A stretch of DNA of 64,000 bases from Caulobacteraceae bacterium (GCA_019695035.1 JAIBAU010000006.1:34817-98816); one strand, 5' to 3'. Counted from the stretch's first letter, positions 30,758-42,816 are shown. Translations and numbers: made by a program. Notes: generated by a model not told the origin, from the sequence alone.

Positions 30758-31516
30758 CTATCTGAAGCCCAGCACGTCCTGCATGTCGTAGAGTCCCGGC
30801 GGCCGGGCGGCGACCCAGACGGCCGCCGCCACGGCGCCGCGGGCGAAGAGCGAACGATCGCGTGCGGAGTGGGACAGGGTCAGGATTTCGTCCTCGGCGG
30901 CGAAGGTGACGCTGTGTTCGCCGACGATGCCGCCCCCGCGCGTGACCGAGAAGCCGATGCGGCCTTCCTCTCGCGGCCCCGATAGGCCGTTGTGGGGATC
31001 GGCCCGCAGGCGGGTCAGGTCGCCGCCGCGCGCCTTCGCCGCGGCTTCGCCCAGCATGAGCGCGGTTCCGGACGGCGCGTCCAGCTTGCGGCGATGGTGG
31101 GCCTCGGCGATCTCGATATCCCACTCGCGCGCGCCCAGGCGGGCGGCGGCCTGGGCGACCAGGCCCATGAGGACGTTCACGCCCAGGGAGAAGTTGCCGG
31201 AGAGGACCACGGGAATGACCCGGGCGGCGTCCTCGACGGCCTTGCGCTGGGCTGGATCAAAGCCGGTGGAGCCGATGACGAGGGCGGGCCGCCCGGCGAT
31301 CGCGCAGCGGTCGGCCAGCATCGCCGAGCCCTCTGCGGTGGTGAAGTCGATGACCACGTCGCAGGCGCTGAGGTCCGGTTCCTCGCCCCGGTCGAAGCGA
31401 ATCGCAGTGATGGCGTCGTCCCGGCTGTTCAGCGCTTCCTGCACAGCTCGTCCCATGCGTCCGCGCGCGCCAGCGACGCCGACGTGGACGATTCCGTTTG
31501 CGGATGCGGCGCTCAC
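30758..31516 (-). CDS. dapB: 4-hydroxy-tetrahydrodipicolinate reductase
   Basis: 252 aa with VGVAGARGRMG, EAHHRRKLDAPSGTA and other DapB motifs. Confidence 0.95.
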   Translation of the reverse strand: MSAASANGIVHVGVAGARGRMGRAVQEALNSRDDAITAIRFDRGEEPDLSACDVVIDFTTAEGSAMLADRCAIAGRPALVIGSTGFDPAQRKAVEDAARVIPVVLSGNFSLGVNVLMGLVAQAAARLGAREWDIEIAEAHHRRKLDAPSGTALMLGEAAAKARGGDLTRLRADPHNGLSGPREEGRIGFSVTRGGGIVGEHSVTFAAEDEILTLSHSARDRSLFARGAVAAAVWVAARPPGLYDMQDVLGFR

Positions 31517-31603
31517 GCGAATGTTCCCGAAATGCGGCGACGCTTCGCCTTGTCCGTTTTTTTAGAATACGCTATCGGAACCGCGGTCATCAGGGGGACC
31601 CCC

Positions 31604-32260
31604 ATGAAGCTCTACTCCGGATACATTTCGCCCTTCGCATCGCGGGCTCGCATGGCTGTCTACGCCAAGGGGCTGGACGTGGAAATCCTGCGCCCGCCCG
31701 GCGGGAGCAAGTCGCCGGAGTATCTGGCCATCAACCCGATGGGAAAGCTGCCCTGTCTGGTCACGGACGAGGGTGAGGCGGTTCCCGAGAGCGGCATCAT
31801 CGTCGAATACCTGGAAGCGCTTTACCCGGAACGTCCCCTGGCGCCGGCCGACCCCGAGGAAGCGACGCGCGCCCGCCTGGTGGCGCGTATCGGGGAACTC
31901 TACGTGCTCGGCCCGCTGTCGAAGCTGTTCAACCAGCTCGATCCGTCGTCCAGGGACCCGGACCTCGTGGCCGGCGTCCTTAAGGAGGTCGACGACGGGC
32001 TGACGCATCTGTCGCTGTTTCTGAGCCCCTCCGGGCCGTACGCCATCGGACCGCATCTCACCCTGGCCGACTGCCAGCTGGTGCCGACCCTGTTCTACGT
32101 GCGCGCGCTGGGACCGCTGTTCGGCAAGGACTGGATCGCCGGGCATCCGCGCGTGGAGGCGTACCTCGCCGCCATCTCGGATGACGAGACCGTCGCGCGG
32201 ATCCAGGGAGAGATGATGGACGCCCTCATCCACTTCCAGAAGACGGGCGAGTTCAAGTAG
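31604..32260 (+). CDS. glutathione S-transferase family protein
   Basis: Starts at MKLYSGYISPFASRARM. It contains NPMGKLPCLV and ESGIIVEYL (GST N-terminal domain). The upstream part of the track ORF is antisense to dapB. Confidence 0.85.
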   Translation: MKLYSGYISPFASRARMAVYAKGLDVEILRPPGGSKSPEYLAINPMGKLPCLVTDEGEAVPESGIIVEYLEALYPERPLAPADPEEATRARLVARIGELYVLGPLSKLFNQLDPSSRDPDLVAGVLKEVDDGLTHLSLFLSPSGPYAIGPHLTLADCQLVPTLFYVRALGPLFGKDWIAGHPRVEAYLAAISDDETVARIQGEMMDALIHFQKTGEFK

Positions 32261-32275
32261 GACGGGCCGCGCCGG

Positions 32276-33466
32276 TCAGGCGCCGGCTTCGCCGGTGAGA
32301 TCGTCCCAGAACCGGCGCGCCTTCCTCAGGAAGCCGGCGTTCTTGGGGTGTTGTTTCTCCCCACAGCTTTCGGCCAGTTGACGCATCAGCGCCTTCTGGT
32401 CCGCCGTCAGGTGCGTCGGGGTCTCGACGTAGAGCTCGACCACCAGGTCGCCTCGCTGCCGACCGTTCAGGGAAGCCATGCCGCGCCCCTTGAGCCGGAT
32501 GGTCTTGCCCGTCTGGCTGCCCTCGGGGATGTCGATCATGGTCCGGCAGTCGCCTCCATCGGGCTTGATGGAAAGGCAGGGCGCCTCGATCTCGCCGCCC
32601 AGGGCCGCCTTGTGCATGGGCACCGGTACGGTGACCAGCAGGTCCAGTCCGTCTCGTTCGAACAGTTCGTGCGGCTGCACCGCCAAGAAGATGTAGAGAT
32701 CCCCGCGCGGGCCGCCGCGCAGGCCTGCATCGCCCTCGCCCGACAGGCGGATACGCGCGCCGTCATCGACGCCGGCCGGGATCCGGACCTGGAGCGTGCG
32801 CTCCTTACGGATCTGACCCTGGCCGTGGCACTTGAAGCAGGGGTCAGCGACCATGCGCCCGGCCCCGCCGCAGCGCGGGCAGGTGCGCTCAACCGCGAAG
32901 AAGCCGTTGGCGGCGCGAACGCGCCCCGCGCCGCCGCAGCCCGTGCAGGTGGCGGGCTGGGTGCCCGGCTTGGCCCCCGAGCCGTCGCAGGTGTCGCAGG
33001 TGATGGTGGTGGGCGCGGTGATCTCCACCTCGGCGCCGGTGTAGGCCTGCTCGAGCGTGATGGTCAGGTCGTGGCGGATGTCGGCGCCGCGCACGGGCCC
33101 CTGGCCGCCCCGACGAGCGCCCTGACCGAACATGTCGCCGAACACGTCCCCGAAGACTTCGGAGAAAATGTCGTTGACGTCGTGGAACTGGGCCCCGCCG
33201 CGGCCGAAGGGACCGCCCGGGCCGCCGCCCATGCCGCCCATGCCGTTGACGCCGGCGTGGCCGAACCGGTCATAGGCGGCGCGCTTGTTGGCGTCCGACA
33301 GGACCGAATAGGCCTCGTTGATTTCCTTGAAGCGCCCGGCCGCATCCTCGCAGCCGCCGTTGCGGTCCGGGTGGTGCTCCATCGCCTGCTTGCGGAAGGC
33401 GGACTTGATCTCCGCCGCATCCGCTGTGCGTGAAACGCCCAGAACTTCGTAGTAGTCGCGCGCCAT
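32276..33466 (-). CDS. dnaJ: molecular chaperone DnaJ
   Basis: 396 aa. It has a J domain (DYYEVLGV...HPDRN), a G/F region and four CxxCxGxG repeats. Confidence 0.97.
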   Translation of the reverse strand: MARDYYEVLGVSRTADAAEIKSAFRKQAMEHHPDRNGGCEDAAGRFKEINEAYSVLSDANKRAAYDRFGHAGVNGMGGMGGGPGGPFGRGGAQFHDVNDIFSEVFGDVFGDMFGQGARRGGQGPVRGADIRHDLTITLEQAYTGAEVEITAPTTITCDTCDGSGAKPGTQPATCTGCGGAGRVRAANGFFAVERTCPRCGGAGRMVADPCFKCHGQGQIRKERTLQVRIPAGVDDGARIRLSGEGDAGLRGGPRGDLYIFLAVQPHELFERDGLDLLVTVPVPMHKAALGGEIEAPCLSIKPDGGDCRTMIDIPEGSQTGKTIRLKGRGMASLNGRQRGDLVVELYVETPTHLTADQKALMRQLAESCGEKQHPKNAGFLRKARRFWDDLTGEAGA

Positions 33467-33537
33467 ACCGGTTTACGCCCCTGGCAAATCCGGTCCGGGA
33501 TAGTCGTTTTCAGACCACCCCGGACCCGGACATTGCG

Positions 33538-35448
<1,911 letters not shown>

Positions 35449-35576
35449 GGGTGGTTCTTCGCAGCTCCTTGAGGCGGACGGATCCACGGCCTGGCTGGCA
35501 GCGCCGCTTATGCCCGTCCCCTTATTGTGGACGTTGTTTTAAAAGACGTTCCCGTGGGAACGAACGTGTTGGGCCG

Positions 35577-35606
35577 GATATGGGAAACCGCGCCCGGGGT
35601 GCAAGG
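35577..35606 (-). promoter_or_regulatory. candidate sigma32 heat-shock promoter of dnaKJ
   Basis: The reverse strand reads CTTGCAC-N14-CCCATATC, about 125 nt upstream of the dnaK ATG. Compare the E. coli consensus CTTGAAA-N13-15-CCCCATNT. Confidence 0.45.
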
Positions 35607-35666
35607 GGAAAGCCCTACTCATTTCGGGGTTGATCTGAGCCGTCGGAGTTCCTCTAAGCGATTCAA

Positions 35667-36260
35667 ATGGATGGTTTTTCGATCTTCCCGGGGGCGATCG
35701 GTCGCGAGGCCCAGGAATCCTTGATGCGCACAGTCATGGACGCCATCTCGGCGGCGCCCCTCTACCGGCCTGTGACCCCCGGCGGCAAGGCGTTTTCCGT
35801 GGAAATGACCAACTTCGGACCCCTCGGCTGGGTGTCGGATCGCTCGGGGTATCGCTACCAGGCCTTCCACCCGCTCACCCGCCAGCCTTGGCCGCCGATG
35901 CCGGCCGTCCTGGAGGAACTCTGGGACCGCTACAGCGGCGCGGGCTCCCCCGCAGACGCCTGCTTGGTCAACCTTTATCGCGCCGGCGCCCGGATGGGCC
36001 TGCACCAGGATCGCGACGAGGCCGACTTCAGCTTTCCCGTGTTGTCGGTGTCGCTGGGCGACACGGCCATCTTTCGCATCGGTCCGCCGGAGACGGGGCG
36101 GACCCAGTCGGTCCGGCTCGCCTCGGGCGACATCTGCGTTCTGGCGGGCGCCGCGCGGCTGGCCCGTCACGGCGTCGATCGGATTCTGTCCGGGTCCTCG
36201 CGACTGGTCCCCGGAGGCGGGCGCCTCAACCTCACGCTCCGGAGGGCCCGCCTCGCCTGA
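35667..36260 (+). CDS. alkB: alpha-ketoglutarate-dependent dioxygenase AlkB (DNA alkylation repair)
   Basis: 197 aa with NLYRAGARMGLHQDRDE (HxD iron ligands), ARLARHGV and RLNLTLR. Confidence 0.9.
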   Translation: MDGFSIFPGAIGREAQESLMRTVMDAISAAPLYRPVTPGGKAFSVEMTNFGPLGWVSDRSGYRYQAFHPLTRQPWPPMPAVLEELWDRYSGAGSPADACLVNLYRAGARMGLHQDRDEADFSFPVLSVSLGDTAIFRIGPPETGRTQSVRLASGDICVLAGAARLARHGVDRILSGSSRLVPGGGRLNLTLRRARLA

Positions 36261-36319
36261 GGGGCCGCCGGTCGCGCAGGCCTTGCCGCTTGTCGCAGGG
36301 CGGGGTTTCATCCCGCCCG

Positions 36320-37240
36320 ATGTCCCGAAAGATGAAGTCGATGACCTATCTGCCGCGCCCCGAAGGACCGCTGCCGTCCGATCTCCAGTTGAGTCGCCGC
36401 GCGGCGGTGGGTTCGATGTTCTTCGCCGGCTACGCCGCATACGCCGCCGGGGCGGAGGCCGAGCCCATCACCACGCCGGATACGGGTCTCAAGATCCAGG
36501 AGGTGGTCATGCCCAACGGCGAGGCCCACGGCCTGCCCGCCTACATTGCGCGTCCGGACACGCCGGGCCGCCATCCCGTCGTCATCGTCGTCAATGAGAT
36601 TTTCGGCATCCACGCCTGGATCAAGGATGTCTGCAAGCGTTGGGCGCACGAGGGGTACGTGGCCATTGCCCCGGCGTTCTTCTACCGGGCTGGCGATCCC
36701 TCGCAGCTCACCGACTACGCCCAGATCAGGCCGATCGTCGCCACGGCCACCGCCGCCCAGGTGAATGGCGATCTCGCGACGGCCATCCGCTGGTTGGGGA
36801 AGCAGTCCTTCGCGGGCAAGGGCAAGATGGGCGTCACCGGCTTCTGTTGGGGCGGGACCCCGGTGTGGATGGCCGCCGCCGAACAGCCCCGGATCGGTGC
36901 GGGCGTCGCCTTCTATGGCCGCATGGTTCCGCCGCCACCGCCGAAGCCGGGCGATCCTGCGCCGTCGGACCGCGGGCGCCGGTACCCCATTGATGTCGTC
37001 TCCCGATTGCATGCGCCGGTTCTTGGGCTCTATGGCGGCAAGGACCAGGGCATCCCGGTCGCCAGCGTCGAACAGATGCGCGCTGCGCTCCGGTCCGCGG
37101 GAAAGACGGATAGCGAGATCGTCGTCTATCCCGATGCGGACCACGGCTTCTTCGCCGACTACCGGCCCACGTATAACGCGGCGGCCGCCCGGGACGCCTG
37201 GATGCGCGCCAGGGCCTGGTTCGCGCGCCACCTCAAGTGA
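36320..37240 (+). CDS. dienelactone hydrolase family protein (Tat-type signal)
   Basis: Starts at MSRKMKSMT. It contains SRRAAVGSMFFAG, GVTGFCWGG (nucleophile elbow) and YPDADHGF. Confidence 0.85.
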   Translation: MSRKMKSMTYLPRPEGPLPSDLQLSRRAAVGSMFFAGYAAYAAGAEAEPITTPDTGLKIQEVVMPNGEAHGLPAYIARPDTPGRHPVVIVVNEIFGIHAWIKDVCKRWAHEGYVAIAPAFFYRAGDPSQLTDYAQIRPIVATATAAQVNGDLATAIRWLGKQSFAGKGKMGVTGFCWGGTPVWMAAAEQPRIGAGVAFYGRMVPPPPPKPGDPAPSDRGRRYPIDVVSRLHAPVLGLYGGKDQGIPVASVEQMRAALRSAGKTDSEIVVYPDADHGFFADYRPTYNAAAARDAWMRARAWFARHLK

Positions 37241-37247
37241 GGGCCGA

Positions 37248-38030
37248 ATGAGACCCTATCCACGCTGCGGCATCGACAGGCGGGCGCTGTTTGCGGCCGG
37301 CTTCGCGTTCGCCGCTTCCGCTCCGGCCCTGGCCCAGGTCTCCGCTGTCGGCGACGGAGGCGTGGCGGCCACCGCCCGACTCAAGGCCCGGCCGGGGGTC
37401 CCCGGCCTGGCCGCGCTGCCGGCCGGGCTCCATGTGCTGGGTCTCGACCGCGCGCGCGACGCCTACCTTTCAGTCCCGGGGGGCGTGGCGCCCGGCGAGG
37501 CGGTTCCCCTGATCGTGATGTTCCACGGCAAGGGCCAGCCCGCCAACGAGGTCCTGGGCGAATGGAAGCGCGTTGCCGCGCGTCACAAATGCCTGGTGTT
37601 GGCGCCCTCGGCTCGCGATTTCACCTGGAACGTCGACAATGGTCCCGGAGGAGCGGACGCCCAGTTCGTGGACCGGGCCCTGCAGGCGGTCTTCGACCGC
37701 TTCACCGTCGATCCGCGCCATATCGCGGCCGCAGGCTTTTCGGATGGGGGAACCTACTGCCTGTCGCTGGGCCTCGTGAACGGCGACTTCTTCAGCGACC
37801 TGCTCGCCTTCTCGCCCATCAAGTACAATGCTCCGACCAGCACCGGACGACCGCGAATTTTCTTCTGCAACGGCAATCGCGATCCGGGCGCGGTGTTCAC
37901 CAACACCACCTCGATGGCGCGTCAGCTGAAGGCGGACGGGTACGACGTCGACCTCTACGAGTTCGATGGGGGTCACTGGATGGACGAAACCGGCGTCAAG
38001 AAGGCGATGGCCCGCTTCATGGGCCGGTAG
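37248..38030 (+). CDS. secreted alpha/beta hydrolase (carboxylesterase / PHB-depolymerase-esterase-like)
   Basis: Starts at MRPYPRCGIDRRALFAAGFAFAASAPALA. It contains GFSDGG (GxSxG) and a FDGGH catalytic-His region. Confidence 0.75.
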   Translation: MRPYPRCGIDRRALFAAGFAFAASAPALAQVSAVGDGGVAATARLKARPGVPGLAALPAGLHVLGLDRARDAYLSVPGGVAPGEAVPLIVMFHGKGQPANEVLGEWKRVAARHKCLVLAPSARDFTWNVDNGPGGADAQFVDRALQAVFDRFTVDPRHIAAAGFSDGGTYCLSLGLVNGDFFSDLLAFSPIKYNAPTSTGRPRIFFCNGNRDPGAVFTNTTSMARQLKADGYDVDLYEFDGGHWMDETGVKKAMARFMGR

Positions 38031-38032
38031 CG

Positions 38033-38743
38033 TCAGGCCTTCCGGTCCATTGCATCGCCGGTCGCCGCAGCGGCCTTGGCGTAGGCGTCCGCCCCCTGCG
38101 CCTGTGCGGCGGGGGATTTGGCGGCGACAACCACCATCGCGGGGCGGATGACGCGCCCGAACAACTCGTAGCCAACCTGCATGACGTTGGCGACGGAGCC
38201 CGGCGCGACTCCCTCGGCAGGCATCTCGCTGACGGCCTGGTGGACGTGGGGGTCGAAACGATCGCCGGTGACCGGGGCGATGCGCTTCAAACCGTTGCGT
38301 TCGAAGGCCCCCTGAAGCTCCTTTTCGACCATTTCGACGCCGAGGCTCAGGTTCTTCACAGCCGGGTCGGCGTCGGCGGCCGGCGTCGCGGCCAGGGCCC
38401 GGGCGAGGTTGTCGGCCACCGCGAGCAGATCGCGGGCGAAACGCTGGATGGCGTAGGCCTTGCCGTCATTGAGCTCGCGTTCGGCCCGGCGGCGGGTGTT
38501 CTCGGCCTCAGCCTTGGCGCGCAGGGCGGCGTCCTTCCATTGCTCAGCCTCTGCAGCGAGGCGCTGGACCATCTCCTCGAGGGTCTCCGCGCCATCCGGC
38601 CCCTGGTAGGTCGGCTCCTCGACGCGCGGTTCTTCGGCGCGGGGCGCGGGGCGCTGTTGCTCGGCGCCCATCACGAACTCGTCCTCGGCCTCGAAGCCGT
38701 TATCCTCGGGCAGGTCGCGCCCGCCAGAATTGTTGGCCGTCAT
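38033..38743 (-). CDS. grpE: nucleotide exchange factor GrpE
   Basis: 236 aa with a GrpE coiled coil and the C-terminal sequence FDPHVHQAV...VMQVGYELFGRVIRPAMV. Confidence 0.95.
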   Translation of the reverse strand: MTANNSGGRDLPEDNGFEAEDEFVMGAEQQRPAPRAEEPRVEEPTYQGPDGAETLEEMVQRLAAEAEQWKDAALRAKAEAENTRRRAERELNDGKAYAIQRFARDLLAVADNLARALAATPAADADPAVKNLSLGVEMVEKELQGAFERNGLKRIAPVTGDRFDPHVHQAVSEMPAEGVAPGSVANVMQVGYELFGRVIRPAMVVVAAKSPAAQAQGADAYAKAAAATGDAMDRKA

Positions 38744-38748
38744 ATTTC

Positions 38749-39834
38749 CTAACCGTCCAGCATCCGGCCCAGCACCCGGGCCGTGTAATCAACCAACGGG
38801 ATCACCCGCGCATAGTTCAGACGGGTCGGCCCGATGACGCCCACCGCTCCGACCACCTTCTGTCGGCCCGTCATATAGGGCGCCGCGACGACGGCGGAAC
38901 CCGAAAGCGAGAACAGTCGGGTCTCTGCGCCGATGAAGATGCGCACGCCCTCCGCGGCGCGCACGCCGTCGAGAAGGCCGATCAGCTGCTCCTTCTGCTC
39001 CAGATCGTCGAACAGCCGCCGCACCCGCTCCAGGTCCTCGAGCGCTCCGGGATCCTGCAGGAGGTTGGCGCGGCCGCGGACGATCAGGGCCCGCTCGCCC
39101 GCCTCCCCGCCGCTCCAAGCCGCGAGGCCGTCCTCGACGAGGCGGGCGGCCGTGGCGTCCAGTTCGCGGCGGGCCTGTTCAAGCTCGCCGGTGGTGTGCG
39201 CCTTGGCTTCCGCCAGAGTCATGCCGCGAAGGCGGGCATTGAGGAAATTCGATGCTTCGGCGAGCTGCGAGGCGGTAACCCCGGGGGACAGCCGCATAAG
39301 ACGGTTTTCCACCCCGCCGTCCTCGAAGACCAGCACCGCCAGGGCCTGATCGGAGGACAACGAGACGAATTCGACATGCTTGAGCGCCAGCTCGCGCGTC
39401 GGCCCGACCACGACGCCCGCGCCGCCGGCCAGCCCCGAGAGCAGGTTGGTGGCCTCGTCCAGCGCCTCCTGGAAGTTGCGGCCCCGGCCGGCGAGCCGTC
39501 CTTCGATCTCGCGCTTCTCTTCGACTCCGACGTCGCCAACTTCGAGAATCCCGTCGATGAACAGCCGTAACCCGGCATGGGTCGGCAGCCGTCCGGCCGA
39601 GGTGTGCGGGGCGGCCAGCAGCCCCATCTGGGTCAGGTCCTGCATCGTATTGCGGATCGACGCCGGAGACAGCGTCACGCCGCCTTTCGACACGGTGCGC
39701 GAGCCGACGGGTTCGCCGGTCTCCAGGTAGGTTTCCACCACCGCTCTGAATATGTCGCGGGCGCGCTGGTCCAGTTCGGCGAGCGAGGCCGAGCGGGGCG
39801 TCGCTCCCGGAAACGGAATAGGGTGGTTCACCAT
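38749..39834 (-). CDS. hrcA: heat-inducible transcriptional repressor HrcA
   Basis: The start is set at [10 protein letters not shown]. It contains [14 protein letters not shown] and [22 protein letters not shown]. Confidence 0.93.
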   Translation of the reverse strand: MVNHPIPFPGATPRSASLAELDQRARDIFRAVVETYLETGEPVGSRTVSKGGVTLSPASIRNTMQDLTQMGLLAAPHTSAGRLPTHAGLRLFIDGILEVGDVGVEEKREIEGRLAGRGRNFQEALDEATNLLSGLAGGAGVVVGPTRELALKHVEFVSLSSDQALAVLVFEDGGVENRLMRLSPGVTASQLAEASNFLNARLRGMTLAEAKAHTTGELEQARRELDATAARLVEDGLAAWSGGEAGERALIVRGRANLLQDPGALEDLERVRRLFDDLEQKEQLIGLLDGVRAAEGVRIFIGAETRLFSLSGSAVVAAPYMTGRQKVVGAVGVIGPTRLNYARVIPLVDYTARVLGRMLDG

Positions 39835-39891
39835 GGGCTCAGAGGATAGGCAGCCCCCGCGCACGCGCAAGTCGCCGGCCCGCTGACGCGC

Positions 39892-40401
39892 CTACTCGTT
39901 CAGCCGGTAACATTGCGCCGTGGGGTCCGTCCGCATCGGCATCTCCGCCCCCGTCGCCCTGTCCGTGATCTTCAGATCGCACGTGCGGTGCAGGGAGTGG
40001 ACCAGCTTCACTTCGTACTGGTGGCCTGTCTGGGGAGTGAAGCGCGCCTGCATCGCGCAGGTATCCGAACCCGAAGTCGATCCGCCGGTGCTGTAGAAAT
40101 AGAGACTGGCCGCCGTGATCACGATCGGACGGTCGCCAGGGACGCGGACCTGCTGGTTGTCGCCGGTGGTCCACAGCAGGCGGGCCGCCGACCGGTTGTC
40201 GGTGCAGCGCGCCGGGTCGGGCGAGAGGTCATAGTAGGTCGAGCCCGCCACGCCGAACGACGAGTGGTAGCCCTTCTGGAAAATCAGGTCGGCGCCGGGC
40301 TGGGCTTCCGGGAGACTCTCAAATCGGGCGACATGGACGCATCCGGACAGGCCGAATACGACGGCGGCGGCGCCGGCGAGGCGGCGGACGACAGGCGGCA
40401 T
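39892..40401 (-). CDS. hypothetical lipoprotein
   Basis: 169 aa with the lipobox VFGLSGC. It has six further Cys residues and no motif I recognise. Confidence 0.6.
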   Translation of the reverse strand: MPPVVRRLAGAAAVVFGLSGCVHVARFESLPEAQPGADLIFQKGYHSSFGVAGSTYYDLSPDPARCTDNRSAARLLWTTGDNQQVRVPGDRPIVITAASLYFYSTGGSTSGSDTCAMQARFTPQTGHQYEVKLVHSLHRTCDLKITDRATGAEMPMRTDPTAQCYRLNE

Positions 40402-40526
40402 GGCTCCCCCCGGAAGCGATCTCGCGCCAAGATTGCATCCGGATCCCGGGCGGCGTCAAACCCTGCGTCGGCTACGCCCGCCTGAGGCCTTTGGTTGCGC
40501 AAACCGGAGGCGCTCAAGCGCTGTCG

Positions 40527-41558
40527 CTAAACGGCATCTGCATCAAGCCGCAGGAACCGGGCCGCGTTGTTGTAGAGAATGTTGCGCTTCTGGCCGGGCG
40601 TCAGGAAGGGCGCGCGTTCGACCGAGCGTATGCCTTCCTCGATCAGCTGCGGCCAGACCCCCTGGTCGGAGCCAAACATCACCCGGTCGCCGAAGCCGGC
40701 GTCGATGATCACCTGCAGCCAGCGATAGAAGGATGCGCGAGGCTCGGTGTTCACGATGGCGGCGATGTCGACGTAGACCTGAGGATGCGTGAACAGCAAC
40801 GCGCGCAGGTTGTCGGCGTAAGGATAGCCGGCATGCATGATCCAGAGCCTCAGCTTGGGGTGTCGGGACAGCACCTCCTCGAGCTTCAGCGGATCGCCGT
40901 CGCGAGCTCGGAAACGGGGCGAGCCGAGGTAGGGGTCCGCGGGATTCCCGCCGGTCATGTGAATGGCGGCCGGGATGTCCAGTTCCTCAGCCAATTCCCA
41001 CCACGCCTCCAGTCGAGCGTCGTCCGGCGCCACCCCCTCGTACTGGCTCATGATCTCGCCCAGGGCGTCCAGTCTTCCTGCGGCATGGAGGGCGCGCAGG
41101 GCGTCGGGCGAGGGCGCGTCGAGTTCAGGCCGGCGCGTCGACCGGCCGAGCCTCAGGTCAACCGCCGACAGCACCCGGCCGGGCGCAGCGGACTTCCAGC
41201 GGGCCACGTCCGGGGGCGCGCCCATGACCATGGCCGTGATGTTGCGGCGCTCCATGAGGGCCAGGGTCTCGGCCATCACCGCTTCACCGCTGACTGAAGC
41301 CTTGAGGGGATGACGACACGGCGCGCCGCTGTCGAAGACCAGCCCTTCCTCGGCCGGCTTCGTCTGGTCCCAGCGGGGCCAGACGGCGTAGGGGGCGCAG
41401 GCCTCGGGCGCGCCCTCGACCGGGCCGGGGCGGCGTGCGTGCACGTGCATGTCGATGATGGGCGCCGGCGTGGCGTCTGCGCGTCTCGGCGCCGCCCAAC
41501 CGGCCGCCAGCGGTCCAGCCACGAGGCCTGCCAGCGCCGCACGTCTGTGGATGGCCAT
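40527..41558 (-). CDS. amidohydrolase family protein (Amidohydro_2-type metal hydrolase), Tat signal
   Basis: Starts at MAIHRRAALAGLVAGPLAAGWAAPRRADA. It contains IIDMHVH, IMHAGYP and MFGSDQ. Confidence 0.8.
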   Translation of the reverse strand: MAIHRRAALAGLVAGPLAAGWAAPRRADATPAPIIDMHVHARRPGPVEGAPEACAPYAVWPRWDQTKPAEEGLVFDSGAPCRHPLKASVSGEAVMAETLALMERRNITAMVMGAPPDVARWKSAAPGRVLSAVDLRLGRSTRRPELDAPSPDALRALHAAGRLDALGEIMSQYEGVAPDDARLEAWWELAEELDIPAAIHMTGGNPADPYLGSPRFRARDGDPLKLEEVLSRHPKLRLWIMHAGYPYADNLRALLFTHPQVYVDIAAIVNTEPRASFYRWLQVIIDAGFGDRVMFGSDQGVWPQLIEEGIRSVERAPFLTPGQKRNILYNNAARFLRLDADAV

Positions 41559-41740
41559 GCTGTCCCCTTGAACCTCGTGCCGCAGCATCGCGCCTCCGGG
41601 TCAGGCGGTGTCAAGGACGAGGCTTCGCCCCGCCGCAAAGCGGCGACCTGAAGAGGCGTTCTTGACGCTATCCCACCCGCGCCATGCCCTCAGGAGTCCG
41701 GGGCGGGAGGGTTCAGGACCGATCGGGTCGTCAAGCCGAC

Positions 41741-42094
41741 CTAGCCCGCGATCTTCTGTTCGAATCCGCCAAAGATCATTCGCTTGCCGTCGAACGGCAT
41801 GTCGGCCATGCCGGCCTTCAGGCGCTCGTCCTCCATCACCTTCTTGTTGACCTCGTCGCGATGAGCCCGATCGCGATAGGTGATGAAGCTGAAGATGACG
41901 ACCTCATCGTTCCCGGCCTGCACGGCGCGGGGGAAAGAGGTGAGTTCGCCGTAGGGCACGTCGTCCGCCAGCGCTTCGCAGTAGCTCAGCGCGCCATGGC
42001 CCATCCAGACGTCGCGTCCGAGCGAGGCCATCTTCCAGTAGTCGTCCAGCCGCGCCCTGGGCACGGGGAGCACATATCCGTCGACATAGGCCAT
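41741..42094 (-). CDS. DUF1428 domain-containing protein
   Basis: 117 aa with MAYVDGYVLPVPRARLDDYWKMA...FDGKRMIFGGF, typical of the DUF1428/YbaA-like family. Confidence 0.8.
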   Translation of the reverse strand: MAYVDGYVLPVPRARLDDYWKMASLGRDVWMGHGALSYCEALADDVPYGELTSFPRAVQAGNDEVVIFSFITYRDRAHRDEVNKKVMEDERLKAGMADMPFDGKRMIFGGFEQKIAG

Positions 42095-42176
42095 GGTGAA
42101 AACTCCTGTAGATTGACGGTTGGTAGACGAACGGGGACGCGCCTTCTCGACACGACCCCGTCATCTCCGCCGAGAT

Positions 42177-42716
42177 TCAGGCGGCGATGGGCCGCCGCGC
42201 GGGCAGAAAGCCCCGGAAACGGAAGGCGAAGGCGGCCGCCAGAGCCACCAGCACGCCCACCGGCAACATCTCGGCCATGGTCATGCCGAAGCGCAGGACG
42301 GGGTTGGCGTAGATTTCCTCGAACTGGGCGGCCTGGGCGCGCAGGACGGCCAATTCCCCGGCGCTGGCGTGGGCGGCCTCGGCCTTGGCGATCATCGAGG
42401 CGTTGTATTCGCCGATGAAGTCCTTGCCGCTGACCGCGAGATAGATTTCCTAGGCGGCGGCGTAGATGACTGCGGCCAGCAGGGCGATGCCCAGCCCGAT
42501 CACCAGGCCCCGCCAGAAGGTGATGACCCCGCCGCCCACCTGGTCGCGGTATTGCTTGACGCCGAGCACCACGGTGGACAGGGCGATCAGCATGGTCGCG
42601 TAGCCCAGCACAAGGGAGGCGTCGTTGTGTTCGGGGATGGCGATCAGCGCAAGTTGCATCAACACCGCCACGATGGCGCCGCCGATCAAGCCCCAGATCA
42701 GAATTGTGCGAAGCAT
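42177..42716 (-). pseudogene. DUF4199-type membrane protein gene interrupted by an in-frame TAG
   Basis: Track ORFs 42450..42716 and 42177..42395 are in the same frame. Translation across the junction reads ...LLAAVIYAAA*EIYLAVSGKDFIGEYNASMIAKAEAA..., with the stop codon on the reverse strand at 42450-42452. Confidence 0.7.
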
Positions 42717-42816
42717 GGTTCGCTCCTCGTGTGTGAAATCAGGACCGCGAGCCTCGCCGATCCTCCCGGCCGGAAACCATCACCCGAAAGGGTGAGAAGC
42801 GCACCCTCCCCCATTG

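Noticed and set aside
39835-39891. A CIRCE element (TTAGCACTC-N9-GAGTGCTAA) expected near hrcA-grpE or dnaK.
   Set aside because: No match is visible upstream of hrcA, grpE or dnaK. In alphaproteobacteria CIRCE is normally confined to groESL, which is not in this window.
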